Position numbers and translations under genes: made by a program. Under the pieces are notes generated by a model that searched no databases, was not told the origin of the DNA, and was given only the letters and a program-made list of their open reading frames with translations. Below, in pieces: positions 1 through 13,299 of a stretch of 64,000 nt of DNA. How positions within the stretch are numbered: the stretch's first letter is position 1; each line of letters opens with the position of its first letter. This stretch comes from the human T2T-CHM13v2.0 reference genome, Homo sapiens, in the NCBI RefSeq assembly GCF_009914755.1, contig NC_060925.1, one strand, 5' to 3'.

Positions 1-3000
1 CCCTTCGATCCCATTCGATGATGATTCCATTCAAGTCCGTTCGATGATTCCATTAGATTCCAGTTGACAATGATTCCATTCGAGTCCATTTGATGATTCC
101 ATTCGATTCCATTTGATGAAGATTCCTTCGAGTCCTTTTGAAGATTCCATATAATGATGATTCCACTCGAGTCCATTTGATTATTCCATTTGAGTCCATT
201 CGATTGTTCCCTTAGATTCCATTCATTGGTGATGCCTTTTGTTGCCATTCGATGATTCCATTTGACTCCATTCGATGATGTTTCCATTCAAGTCCATTCG
301 ATGTTTCCTCTTGAGTCCATTCAATGACACCATTCGATTCAACTCAATGATGATTCCATTATAGTCCATTCAATGATGATTCCATTCGAGTCCATTCAAT
401 GATTCCATTCGGTTCCATTTGATGATGATTCCATGGGATTCCATTCGATGAATCCATTTGATTCCACTTGTTGATGATTCCATTTGATACTATTCGATGA
501 TGATTCCATTCAATTCTCTTAATTGATGATTCCAATAGATTCCATTCGATAATGATTCCATTCGACTCCATACAATGGTGATTTCATTCAACTTCTTTCG
601 ATGGTTCCATTCGATTCCTTTTGATGATGATTCCATTCGATTCCATTCGATGATTCTATTTGATGCCATTCAATGATGATTCCATTTGATTCTATTCGAT
701 GATTCCATTCAATTCCATTCGATGATGAGCCATTCAGTTCAATTGCATCATGATTCCATTTGATTCAATTCGATGATATTTCCATTTGATTCCATTCGAT
801 GATGATTCCATTAGATTGCATTCGATGATGATTCCTTTCGAGTCCATTTGTTGATGATTCCATTTGAGTCCGTTCATTGATGATTACTTTGGATATCATA
901 TGATGCTTCTATTTGATTCCATTCGAAGATGATTCCATATCATTCCATTCGATGATTCCATTTGATTCCACTCAGTGATGATTCCATCGGATGATGATTT
1001 CATTTGATTCCATTCGATGATGACTCCATTAGAGTCCATTCGATCATTCCATTCGTGTTCAATTGATGATTCCATTTGATTCCATTCGATGATGATTCCA
1101 TTAGAGTCCGTTCAATGAATCCATTCGATTCCATTTGATGATGACTCCATTCGAGTCAGTTCAATGATTCCATATGATTCCATTCGGTGATCATTCCATT
1201 TGAGTACATTCAATGATTCCATTTGATTCCATTCGATGATGATTCCATTCGATTCCATTCAATGATGATTGCATTTGAGTTCATTCAATGATTCCCTTTG
1301 ATTCCATTTGATGATGATTCCATTCGAGTCCATTCAGTGATTCCATTTGATTCCAATCGATGATGATTCCATTCGAGTCCATTCGATGATTACATTCGAT
1401 TCCACTCGATGACGATTCCATTCTAGTCCATTCGGTGATTCCATGTGATTCCATTTGATGCTGATTCCATTCGAGCCATTTGATGATTCTATTTGAATCC
1501 ATTTGATGATTGCTTTTGATTATAACAATGATGATTTCACTCGAGTCCATTCAATAATTCCATTCGATTCCATTCGATGATGATTCCCTTTGGGTCCATT
1601 AGAAGATTCCATTCCTTTACACTTGATGATGAGTCCATTCGAGTTCATTCGATGATTACACCCGATTCCATTCCCTGATGATTACTTTCGAGTCCATTTG
1701 ATGATTCCACTCGATTCCATATGATGATGACTCCATTCGATTCCATTCGATTATTCAATTCTATTCCATGAGATGATGATTCTATTCGAAAACATTAGTT
1801 GATTCCATTCAATTCCATTCAATTATGATGCTATTCATGTTCTTTAGATGATTCCATTCGATTACATTCGATGATGATTTCATTCTTTTCAGTCCAATGA
1901 TGATTCCATTCCTGTCAATTAGATGATTCCATTAGATTCCATTCAATTTTGATTACTTTTTTTTCCATTCAGTGATGATACCATTCAGGTCCGTTAGATG
2001 ATTCCATTTGATTCCACTCGATGATGACTCCATTATATTCCATTCAATGTTGATTGCATTCGAGTCCATTAGATGATTCCATTCGATTCCATTCTCTAAT
2101 GATTACTTTTGTGTCCATTCGATAATTCCACTCGATTCCATACGATGATGACTCCATTAGATTCAATTCGATGATTCCATTCTATTACATTAGATGATGA
2201 TTCCATTCGAGTACATTAGATGATTCCATTCAATTCCATTCAATGTTGATGCTATTCGTGTCCATTAGATGATTCCATTTGATTCCATTCGATGATGATT
2301 CCATTCGAATCCATTCGATGATTCCATTCGATTCCATTCTCTGATTATTACATTCAAGTCCATTCGATGATTGCACTCGATTCCAAACGATGGAGATTCC
2401 ATTCGTTTCCATTTGATGATTCCATTCTATTCCATTAGATGATGATTCCATTCGAGTACATGAGATGATTCCATTAGATTCCATTCAATGTTGATGCTAT
2501 TCATGTCCATTAGATGATTCCATTCTATTCCATTCAATGACGATTCCATTCTATTCAATCCAATGGTGATTCCATTTGGGTCCATTAGATGATTCCATTC
2601 GATTCCATTTGATTATGATTCCATTTTATTCCATTCAGTGATGATTACATTCGGGTCCGTTAGACAATTCCATTTGATTCCATTCGATGATGGTTCCATT
2701 ATTTTCCATTCAATGATGATTCCATTCGAGTCCATTCGATGATTCCATTCTACTCCATTCAATGATGAATCCATTCAGTCCATTCAATGATTCTATTTGA
2801 GTCAATTCAATAATTGCTTTCAATTCCATTCGATGATGATTCCATTCGATACCATTCTATGATTCCATTCGATTCCATTTGATGTTGATTCCATTCGATT
2901 CCATTCGATGGTTCTATTCGACTCCATTCAATGATGATTCCATTTGATTCCATTTGATGATTCCATTTGATTATATTTTATGATGATTACATTTTATGAT

Positions 3001-3801
3001 GATTACATTCTATCCCATTCGATGATTCCATTCGATTCCACTTGATGATGATTCCATTGGAGTCCATTTGGTGACTCCTTTCGATTTTATTTGATGATGA
3101 TTCCATTCGAGTCCATTCAATGGTGATTCCAGTCGATTCCATTCAATGAGTCTATACGATTCCATTCGATGACGATTACATTCAATTCCTTTGGATGATT
3201 CCATTTGAATCCATTCAAACATGATACCATTCAATTCCATCCGATAATACCATTCCTTTCCCTTCGATGGTTCCAAAGGATTCCATTTGATGATGCTTCC
3301 ATTCGAGTCCATTCGATGATCCCATTCAATTCCATTAGATGATAATTCCATTCGAGTGCATTCGATGATTCCTATCAATTCCACTCCATAATGATTCCTT
3401 TCAAGTCCATCCAATTACTCTATTCGATTCCATTCTATAATGATTCCGTTCGAGTCCATTTTATGATGCAATTCAAGTCCTTTCGATGATTCCATTCCAT
3501 TCCATTCGATAATGGTTCCTTTCGAGTGCACTCGATGCTTCAATTCAATTCCTTTTGATGATTCCATTCGAGTCCAATTGATGATTCCATTCAATTCAAT
3601 TTCATGATGATTCTGTACCATTCCATTCCATGATGATTCCATGTGATTCCATTCGATGATGATTCATTTCCATTCCATTCCATTATGATTCATTACGAGT
3701 TCATTCGATGATTCCACAAGTTTCTATTCGATGATGATTCCATTCGAGTCCATTTGCTGATTCCATTTGAAACCATTTGATGGGGATTCCATTCGATTCC
3801 A

Positions 3802-4025
3802 TTCATTGGTGATTCCATTCAATTCCATTCAATGATTCCATTCCATTCCATTCGACAATGATTCCGTTAGATTCCATTCAATGATTCCACTTGATTCCAT
3901 TTGACAATGATTCCATTCGATTCCCTTCATTGGTGATTCCATTCAATTCCATTCAATGATTCCATTCCATTCCATTCGACAATGATTCCATTAGATTCCA
4001 TTCGATGATTCCACTTGATTCCGTT
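3802..4025 (+). repeat. Local 124-bp tandem duplication
   Basis: TTCATTGGTGATTCCATTCAATTCCATTCAATGATTCCATTCCATTCCATTCGACAATGATTCC occurs at 3802 and again at 3926. Confidence 0.85.
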
Positions 4026-7000
4026 TATGATGATTCCATTCGATTACATTTGATGATTCCATTCAATTCTATTCGATGATATCTCCATTTGATTCCATTC
4101 GAAAATGATTGCCTTTGATTCCATTCAATGATTCCATTCGTTTCCGTTCAAAGATGATTCCGTTCGATTCCATTTGATGATTCCATTTAATTCCAGTGGA
4201 TGATTCCATTCGATTACGTTCAAAGATTATTCCATTTGAGTGCATTCGATGATTCCATTTGAATCCATTCAATGATTCCATTCGTGTACAGTTGATAATT
4301 CCATTCGATTCCATTCGATCATGATTCCATTAGGGTCCATTCGATCATTCCATTCGAGTGCATTTGATAATTGCATTCGAGTCCATTCAATGATTTCATT
4401 TGATTCCTTTTGATGATTCCATTCGAGTCCGTTTGATCATTCCATTCGAGTCCATTCGATGATTCCATTTGAAGATGATCACATTCGATTCCATACGACG
4501 ATGATTCCATTTGAGTCCATTCGATGATTTCATTTAATTCAATTTGATGATGACTTCATTCGAGTCCATTCAATGATTCCATTAGATTCCATTTGATGAT
4601 GATTCTATTCAATGCCATTCAACGATTCCATTTGATTCCTTTCAACAATGATTCCATTCGGGTCCATTTGATGATTCCATTCAATTCCACTTGATGATGA
4701 TTCCATTCAATTCCATTCTATGATGATTCCCTTCTAATCCATTTGATTATTCCATTCGATTCCATTCGATGATGACTGCATTTGGTTCCATCCGATGATG
4801 ATTCTAACGGATTTCATTCGATTTCTCGTTTTGATTCCATTCGTTGATGATTCCATTCTTTTACATTTGATGATGATTCCATTATATTCCATTCGATGGT
4901 GATTCCATTTGATTCCATTCAGTGACGATTCCATTAGATTCCATTCAATGATGATTCCATTGGATTCCATTCGATGATTCCATTCAATTCCATGCAATGG
5001 TGATTCCATTCGGGTCCATTTGATGATTCCATTTGATTCCATTCGATGATGATTCCATTCGAGTACATTCAATGATTCCATTCAAGTGGATTCGAAGATT
5101 ACTTTCAATTCCATTTAATGATTCCATTCGAGTCCATTCGATGATTCCATTGAAGTCCACTTGACATTTACTTTTGATTCCACTCGATATTGATTCCATT
5201 TGAGTCCATTCGATTATTCCATTCGAGTGAATTCCATGATTTCTTTTGACTCCATTCGATGATATTTCCATTCGAGTCCATTCGGTGATTGCATTTGATA
5301 TCATTCGGTGATGATTCTATTCGATTCCATTCGATGATTCCATTCAAGTGCATTCAATGATTACATTCGAGTCCATTAAATGATTCCATTCGTTTCCATT
5401 CGATGATGACTCCATTCGAGTCCATTCAATGATGATTCAGTTCGATTCCATTCAATGATACCATTGGATTCCATACTTTGTTTAATTTTGATTCGTTTTG
5501 GTGATGATTCCATTCGATTTCATTTGATGATCCCATTCGATTCAATTTCATGATGATTCCATCCAATTCCATTTGATGAAAATATAATTCTATTTGATGA
5601 AAATTGATGAAAATTCCATCCAATTCCATTCGTTGATGATTCCATTCAATTCTATTCGATGAGGATTCTATTCAATTCCATTCAATGATGATTCCATTGG
5701 ATTCCATTCGATGATGATTCCCTTCTTGGCCATTTGATGATTCTATTCACTTCATTTGATGATGATTTCATTCAATTCCATTACATGATTCCATTAGAAT
5801 CCATTTGATGATGATTCCATTCGATTCCATTCGATGATGATTCCATGCGATTCTATTGGATGATGACTCCTTTCGTTTCCATTTGATGACTATTCCTTTC
5901 GACTCCATTTGTTGTTGATTCTTTCGATTCCGTTCGATGATATTTCCATTTGATTCCATTCAAAGATGATTACATTCGATTTCATTAGATAATTCCATTT
6001 GATTCCATACGATGATGATTCCATTCGTGTTGCATTCGATGATTCCATTCGATTACATTGACGATGATCACATTCGATTCGATTAGATGATTCCATTGGA
6101 TGCCTTTTGATGATTATTCCATTTAAATCAATTCAGTGATTCCTTTCCATTCCAATTGAAGATGATTCCATTCCATTCAATGAAAACATTCTATACCATT
6201 CGTTGATGATTCCATTTGAATGCATTTGATTATACCATTTGATTCCATTTGATGATGATTCCTTTCGATTCCATTTGATGATTCCATTCAATTCCATTCT
6301 ATGATGATTCCATTCACGTCCATTTGATAATTCCATTGGAATCCATTTGATGATGATTCCATTCAATGTTTCTATTCGATTCTATTCAATGGTGATTCCA
6401 TTCGATTTCATTCGATGCTGATTCCATTCAATTCCATTCGATGATTCCATTTGATTCCATTCGATGATTCCTTTCAATTACATTCGACGATGATTCCATT
6501 CGATTACATTCGATGATTCCATTCGATTCTATTCAATGATGATTCCATTCGGTTCCATTCGATGACGACAGCAATCGATTCCATTCGATTATTCCATTTG
6601 ATTCCATTCGATGATGATTCTGATCGATTCCATTCGATGATTCCATTCAATTCCATTTGATGATTCCATTTGATTCCATTCGATAATGATTCCATTCTCG
6701 TCCATTCCATGATTCCATTCGAACCCATTCGATAATTCCATTTAAGCCCATTCGATGATTCTATGCGGGTCCATTCGATCATTCCATTTGAGTCTATTTG
6801 ATGATGATTCCGTTCGAGTACATTCAATGATTCCATTCAGATCAATTCGATGATGATTCCATTTGAGTCCATACAATGATTCTATTCAAGTCCATTTGAT
6901 GATTCCTTTCAATTCCATAGAATGATGATTCCATCTGAATCCATTCGATCATTCCACTCTATTCCTTTCCATGATGATTCCATTCATGTCCATTCGATGA

Positions 7001-7220
7001 TTCCATTTGTCTTAGTTCAATGATGATTCCATTCGATTTTATTCGATGATTCCACTCTATTACATTTGATGATGATTCTATTCGACTCCATTCAATGATT
7101 CCATTCGATTCAATTTAATGATTCCATTGGGTTCAATTCGATGATGATTACATTGGATTCAATTCTATGATTCCATTCGATTCCATTCGTTCACGATTCC
7201 ATTCGATTAAATTTGATGAT

Positions 7221-7364
7221 GATTCCACTCGATTTCATTCTATGATTCTAATCGATTCCATTCGATGATGATTCAATTCTATTCCATTCAATGATTCCAC
7301 TCGATTTCATTCTATGATTCTAATCAATTCCATTCGATGATGATTCAATTCTATTCCATTCGAT
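7221..7364 (+). repeat. Local 72-bp tandem duplication
   Basis: GATTCCACTCGATTTCATTCTATGATTCTAATC...GATTCAATTCTATTCC occurs at 7221 and 7293. Confidence 0.85.
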
Positions 7365-7438
7365 GATTCCATTTGATGATGATTCCATTTGATGATGATT
7401 ACATTCAATTCGATTCGATGATGATTACATTCTATTAC

Positions 7439-7536
7439 ATTCGATGATGATTCCATTCTATTCCATTCGATGATGATTCCATTCTATTCCATTCGATGAT
7501 GATTCCATTCTATTCCATTCGATGATGATTCCATTC
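7439..7536 (+). repeat. Short perfect run of a variant 26-mer (ATTCGATGATGATTCCATTCTATTCC, about 3.7 copies)
   Basis: Three consecutive identical 26-bp copies carrying the CT-for-CG variant, plus a partial copy. Confidence 0.8.
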
Positions 7537-10500
7537 GAGTCCATTCGAGGATTCCATTCGATTACATTCCATGACGATTCAATTCGATTCCATTGTATGA
7601 TTCCCTTCGACTCCATTTGACGATGATTCCATTCGATTCTATTCAATGATTCCATTCAATTTCATTCGATGATGATTGCATTTGAATCCATTCGATGATT
7701 CCATTCAATTCCAGTTGATGATGATTCCATTAGATTCCATTCCATGTTTCCATTGGATTCCATTTGATGATGATTCCATTCCATTCCATTCAATCATTCC
7801 ATTCGATTCCATTAGATGATGATTCCATTCGAGTCCATACAATGATTCCATTCAATTCCATTCGATGATAATTCCATTCGAGTCCATTTGATGATTCTAT
7901 TCAATACTATTCGATAATGATTCCACTCGAGTCCATTCGATGATTGCTTTTGAGTCTATTTGAAGATTTCATTGGATACCAGTCGATGATGTTACCATTA
8001 GAGTCCATTCAATAATTCCGTCCGATTCCATTTGATGATGTCTGTGTTCGGTTCCATTTGATGATGATTCCAAAGCCTTCCATTGCATGACTCCATTCAA
8101 CTTAATTCATTGATGATTCCATTCGATTACATTCGATTATGATTCCATTCAATTCAATTCGATGATGATTTCATTCAATTCCATTCCATGATGATTCCAT
8201 TCGAATCCATTCAATGATGAATCCATTCAATTCCATTTTATGAATCCACTCAATTCCATTCAATGATGATTCCATTCGATTCCATTTGATGATTCCATTT
8301 GATTCCATTCGATGATGATTCCATTCGATTCCACTCTATCATTCCATTCGATTCCATTCAATGATGATTCCATTCGATTCCATTTGATGGTTCTATTTGA
8401 TTCCATTCAATGATGATTCCATTCGAATACATTCGATGATTCCATTCGATTCAATTTGATGAAGATTCCATTAGAGTCCATTTGATGATGCCATTCAAGT
8501 TCATTCGATGATTCCTTTCGATTCCACTCGGTGTTGATTTCATTCGAGTCCATTCGATGATTCCATTCGAGTGCATTCCATTATTCCATTCAATTCCAAT
8601 TGATGATGATTCCATTCGAGTCCATTCGTTGATTCCACTTGATTTTATTCGATGATGATTCCATTTGATTCAGTTCGATGATTCCATTCGAGTCCTTTCA
8701 ATGATGATTCCATTCAATTGCTTTCGATGATGATTCCATTCCATTTCATTCAATGATCCTATTTGATTCCATTCAATGAAGATTCAATTCTATTCCATTC
8801 GATGTTTCCATTCGATTCCATTCGATGATGATTCGATTCAATTCCACTCGATGATGATTCCATTCGATTGCATTCGACGATGATTATATTCGATTCCATT
8901 CGATGATGATTCCATTCGATAGCATTCAATGATGATTTGATTCGAGTCCATTCGAAGATTCCATTCGATTACATTCCATAACGATACCATTTGTGTCCAT
9001 TCGATGATTCCATTCGACTCCATTCGAGGATGATTCCATTCAATGCTATTCAATGTTTCCTATCTATTCCATTCGATGATGATTCCATTCATTTCCATTT
9101 GATGATTCCATTTGAGTCCATTCGATTATTCCATTAGATTCCTTTCGATGATGATTCCATTCGATGCCATTTGTTGATTCCATTAGATTCCATTCAATGA
9201 TGATTGCATTCGTGTCATTCGATTATTCCGTTCGATTCCATTCGATGATGATTCCATTCTAGTCCATTCAATGATTCCTTTCGATTCCATTCGATCTTGA
9301 TTCCATTTGAGTCCTTTCGATGTTTCCATTCGATTCCATTCCCCAATGATTTCTTTGGAGCCCATTCAATGCTTTCACTGGATTCCATATGATGATGACT
9401 CCATTCGATTAAATTTGATGATGATTCCATTTGATTGCATTCGATGATGATTCCACTGGGGTCCTTTTGAAGATTCCATTCGATTACATTCCATTATGAT
9501 TCCATTCGAGTCCATTTGATGATTCCATTTGACTCCATTCGACGATGACTCCATTCGATGCTATTCGATGATTCCATTCGATTTCATTTGATGATGATTC
9601 CATTCAACTCCATTCGATGATTCCACTCGATTCCATTCTACAGTGATTTCTTTCGAGTCCATTCAATGCTTCCACTCGATTCCATATGATGATGAATCCA
9701 TTCGATTACATTTGATGATGATTCCATTTGATTGCATTCGATGATGATTCCATTCGATTTCACTTGATGATTCCTTCAATTCCCTTCGATGATGATTCCA
9801 TTCGAGACCATTCGATGATTCCTTTTCATTCCATCTGATGATCATTCCATTTGGCACCATTCGATGATTCCTTTCGATTCCATTCAATTATGATTCCATT
9901 CGATGATTCCATTCAATTCCATTCAAAGTTTCCTTTCAATTCCACTCGATGTTGATTTCATTGTAGTCCATTCGATGATTCCATTCAAGTGCATTCCATG
10001 ATTTTATTTGATTCCACTCGATGATGATTCCTTTCGAGTCCATTCAATGATTCCATTTTATTTCATTCCATGATAATTCCCTTCAATTACATTCGATGAT
10101 TCCATTCGATTCCTTTCAACAATGATTCCGTTCTTGTCCATTTGATGATTCCATTCAATTCCATTTGATGATGATTCCATTCGAGCCCATTCGGTGATTC
10201 CATTTGATTTTATTCAATGATGATTCCATTCGAGTCCATTTGATGATTCCATTGGACTCCATTTGATGATGATTCCATTCAATGATTCCATTCGATTCTA
10301 TTCGATGATGATTCCATTCAATTTCGTTTGATGCTGATTCTATTTAATTCCATTCGATCATTCAATTTGACTCCATTCAATGATTCCATTTGATTCCATT
10401 TGATGATGTCGTTTGATTCTATTCAATGATGATTCCATTCGATTCCATTCAATCATGATGGCATTCTATTCCACTTGATGATTCCTTTCGATTCTATTCG

Positions 10501-11325
10501 ATGATGATTCCATTCGTGTCCATTCGTTGATTCCATTCGATTTCATTCGATGATGATTCCTTTTGAGTGCATTAGATTATTCCATTCTATTCTATTTGAT
10601 GATGATTCCATTCGAGTCCATTCAGTGATTCCATTTGATTCCATTCGATGATGATTCCATTCGATTCCATTCGATGATTCCATTCGATTCCATTCGATGA
10701 TGATTCCATTCAATTCCATTCGATGATGAGTCTATACATTTCAATTCCGTGATGATTCCATTCGATTCATTTCGATGGTGTTTCCATTCGATTCCATTCA
10801 ATGTTGATTCCACTTGATTCCACTGGATGATGATTTCATTCAAGTCCATTCGATGGTGATTCCACTTGAGTCCATTTGATGATGATTCCGTTCGATTTCA
10901 TTCGACGATTCTAATCAATTCCAATCAATGATGATTCCATCTGATTCCATTCGATGAATCATTCGATTCCATTCGATGATGATTCCATTCATTTAAATCC
11001 GATGATGATTCCATTCAATTACATTTGATGATTTTTCCATTTGAGTAAATTCTATGATTCCATTCAATATCATTCGATGATGATTCCATTTGAGTCCATT
11101 CGATGATTCCATTCAAGTCCATTCAATGATTCCATTCGAGTCCATTCAATGATTCCATTCGATTCCATTCGATGAAGATTCAATACGAGTCCATTCGATG
11201 ATTACATTTGATACCATTCGATGAAGATTCCATACGAGTCCATTCGATGTTTCCATTTGATTCCATTTGTTGATGATTCCATTCGAGTCCATTAAATGAT
11301 CCAATTCGATTCCATTCGATGTTTA

Positions 11326-11420
11326 TTCCATTCGAGTATATTGATTATTCCATTCCATTCCATTCGATGATTCCATTCGAGTACATTGATTATTCCATTC
11401 CATTCCATTCAATGATTCCA
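11326..11420 (+). repeat. Local 45-bp tandem duplication
   Basis: GAGTAYATTGATTATTCCATTCCATTCCATTC at 11334 and 11379; this is the repeated EYIDYSIPFHSMIPF in the only + strand ORF. Confidence 0.85.
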
Positions 11421-13299
11421 TTCGACTCCATTCGATTATTCTATTCCATTCCTTTCGATGATGATTCCATTCGTGTCCATTCGATGATTCTGTTTGATAA
11501 AATTGGATGATGATTCCATTTGATTGCATTCGATAATTCCATTCTATTCCATTCAATGATGATTGCATTCGAGTCCATTCGATTATTCCATTTGAGTCCA
11601 CTTGATTATTCCATTGAGTTTAATTTGATGATGATTACATTGGATTCCATTCTATGATTCCATTCAATTCCATTCGTTCATGATTCCATTTGATTCCACT
11701 CGACGATGATTCCATTCGATTTCATTCAATGATTCCATTTAATTCCTTTCGATGAAGAATCAATTCTATTCCATTGGATGACTCTATTCGATTCCATTCG
11801 ATTCCATTGGTTGATGATTCCATTCGAATGCATTTGATGATGATTCCATTCTTGTCCATTCGAAGTTTCCAATCGATTTCATTGCATGATGATTCCGTTC
11901 CAGTCCATTCGATGATTCCATTTGACTGCATTCGACGATGATTCCATTCGATGCTATTCGATTATTCCATTCGATTCTGTTCTGTGATGATTACATTCGA
12001 CTCCATTTGAGGATTCCATTCGAGTCCATTCAATGAATATTGCATTCGTGTCTATTCGATGATTCCATTTGATTCCATTCAATGATGATTCCATTTGAAT
12101 CCATTCGATGATTTCACTCGATTCCATTTGATGACTCTGTTCAATCCCATTGGATGATTCCCTTCGAATCCATTTCGTGATCCTTCCATTTGATTCAATT
12201 TAGTGATTCCATTCGATTCTATTCAATGATTGTTCCAATCGAATCCTATAGATGATGATTCCATACGATTCATTTGATTATGATTATATTTGATTCCATT
12301 TGAAGATGATTCCATTCGAGTCCATTCGATGATTCCATTCTATTCCATTTGATGATGATTCCACTCAATCCATTCGATGATTCCATTTGAGTACTTTCGA
12401 TGATTTCATTAGATTCCATTCGAAGATGATTCCATTCGATGTCATTCGATGATTTCATTTGAATCCATTCAACGATGATGCCATTCGTGTACATTCGATG
12501 ATTCCATTCAATTCCATTAGATTGTCATTCCATTAGAGTCCATTCGATGTTTCCATTCAATTCCATTCAATGATGATTCCATTCTAACCCATTTGATGAT
12601 TCCATTCTAACCCATTTGATGATTCCATTCGATTCCATTCAATGATGACAGCATTTGGTTCCATTTGATGATGATTCCAACGGATTCCATTCTATTTCTG
12701 CCTTTGATTCCATTCGTTGATGATTCCATTCGTTTCCATTAGATGATGATTCCATTAGATTCCATTCGATGATGATTCCATTTGATTCCATTCAATGACG
12801 ATTCCATTTAATTCCATTCAATTGTCATTCCACTCGATTCCATTGGTAGATTCCATTTGATTCCATTCGTTGATGATTCCATTCAAGTGCATTCAATGAT
12901 TCCATTTGATTCCACTCGATGATACTTCAATTCAAGTCCATTCGATGATTCCTTTGGATTCCATTTGATGATGATTCCATTCAAGTCCATTGGATGATTG
13001 TATTCGAGTCCATTCGATGATTCCATTCCATTCGATTCGATGATGATTCCATCGAGTCCATTCGATGATTCCACTTGATTTCATTTGATGATGACTGCAT
13101 TCGGTTCCATTCGATGATTCACCCAATGGACTCCATTCGATGACCTCATTAGATTCCATTCATTGATGATTCCATTCGCTTCCATTCATTGATGATTCCA
13201 TTCGATCCCATTCGATGATGTTTCCATTTGATTCCATTCGATGATGATCGCATTCGACTCCATTCCAGTATTACTCCATTCGATTCCATTCAATGATGA

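Noticed and set aside
11319-11510. Only plus-strand ORF (63 aa)
   Set aside because: Chance open frame created by a 45-bp tandem duplication within the satellite.
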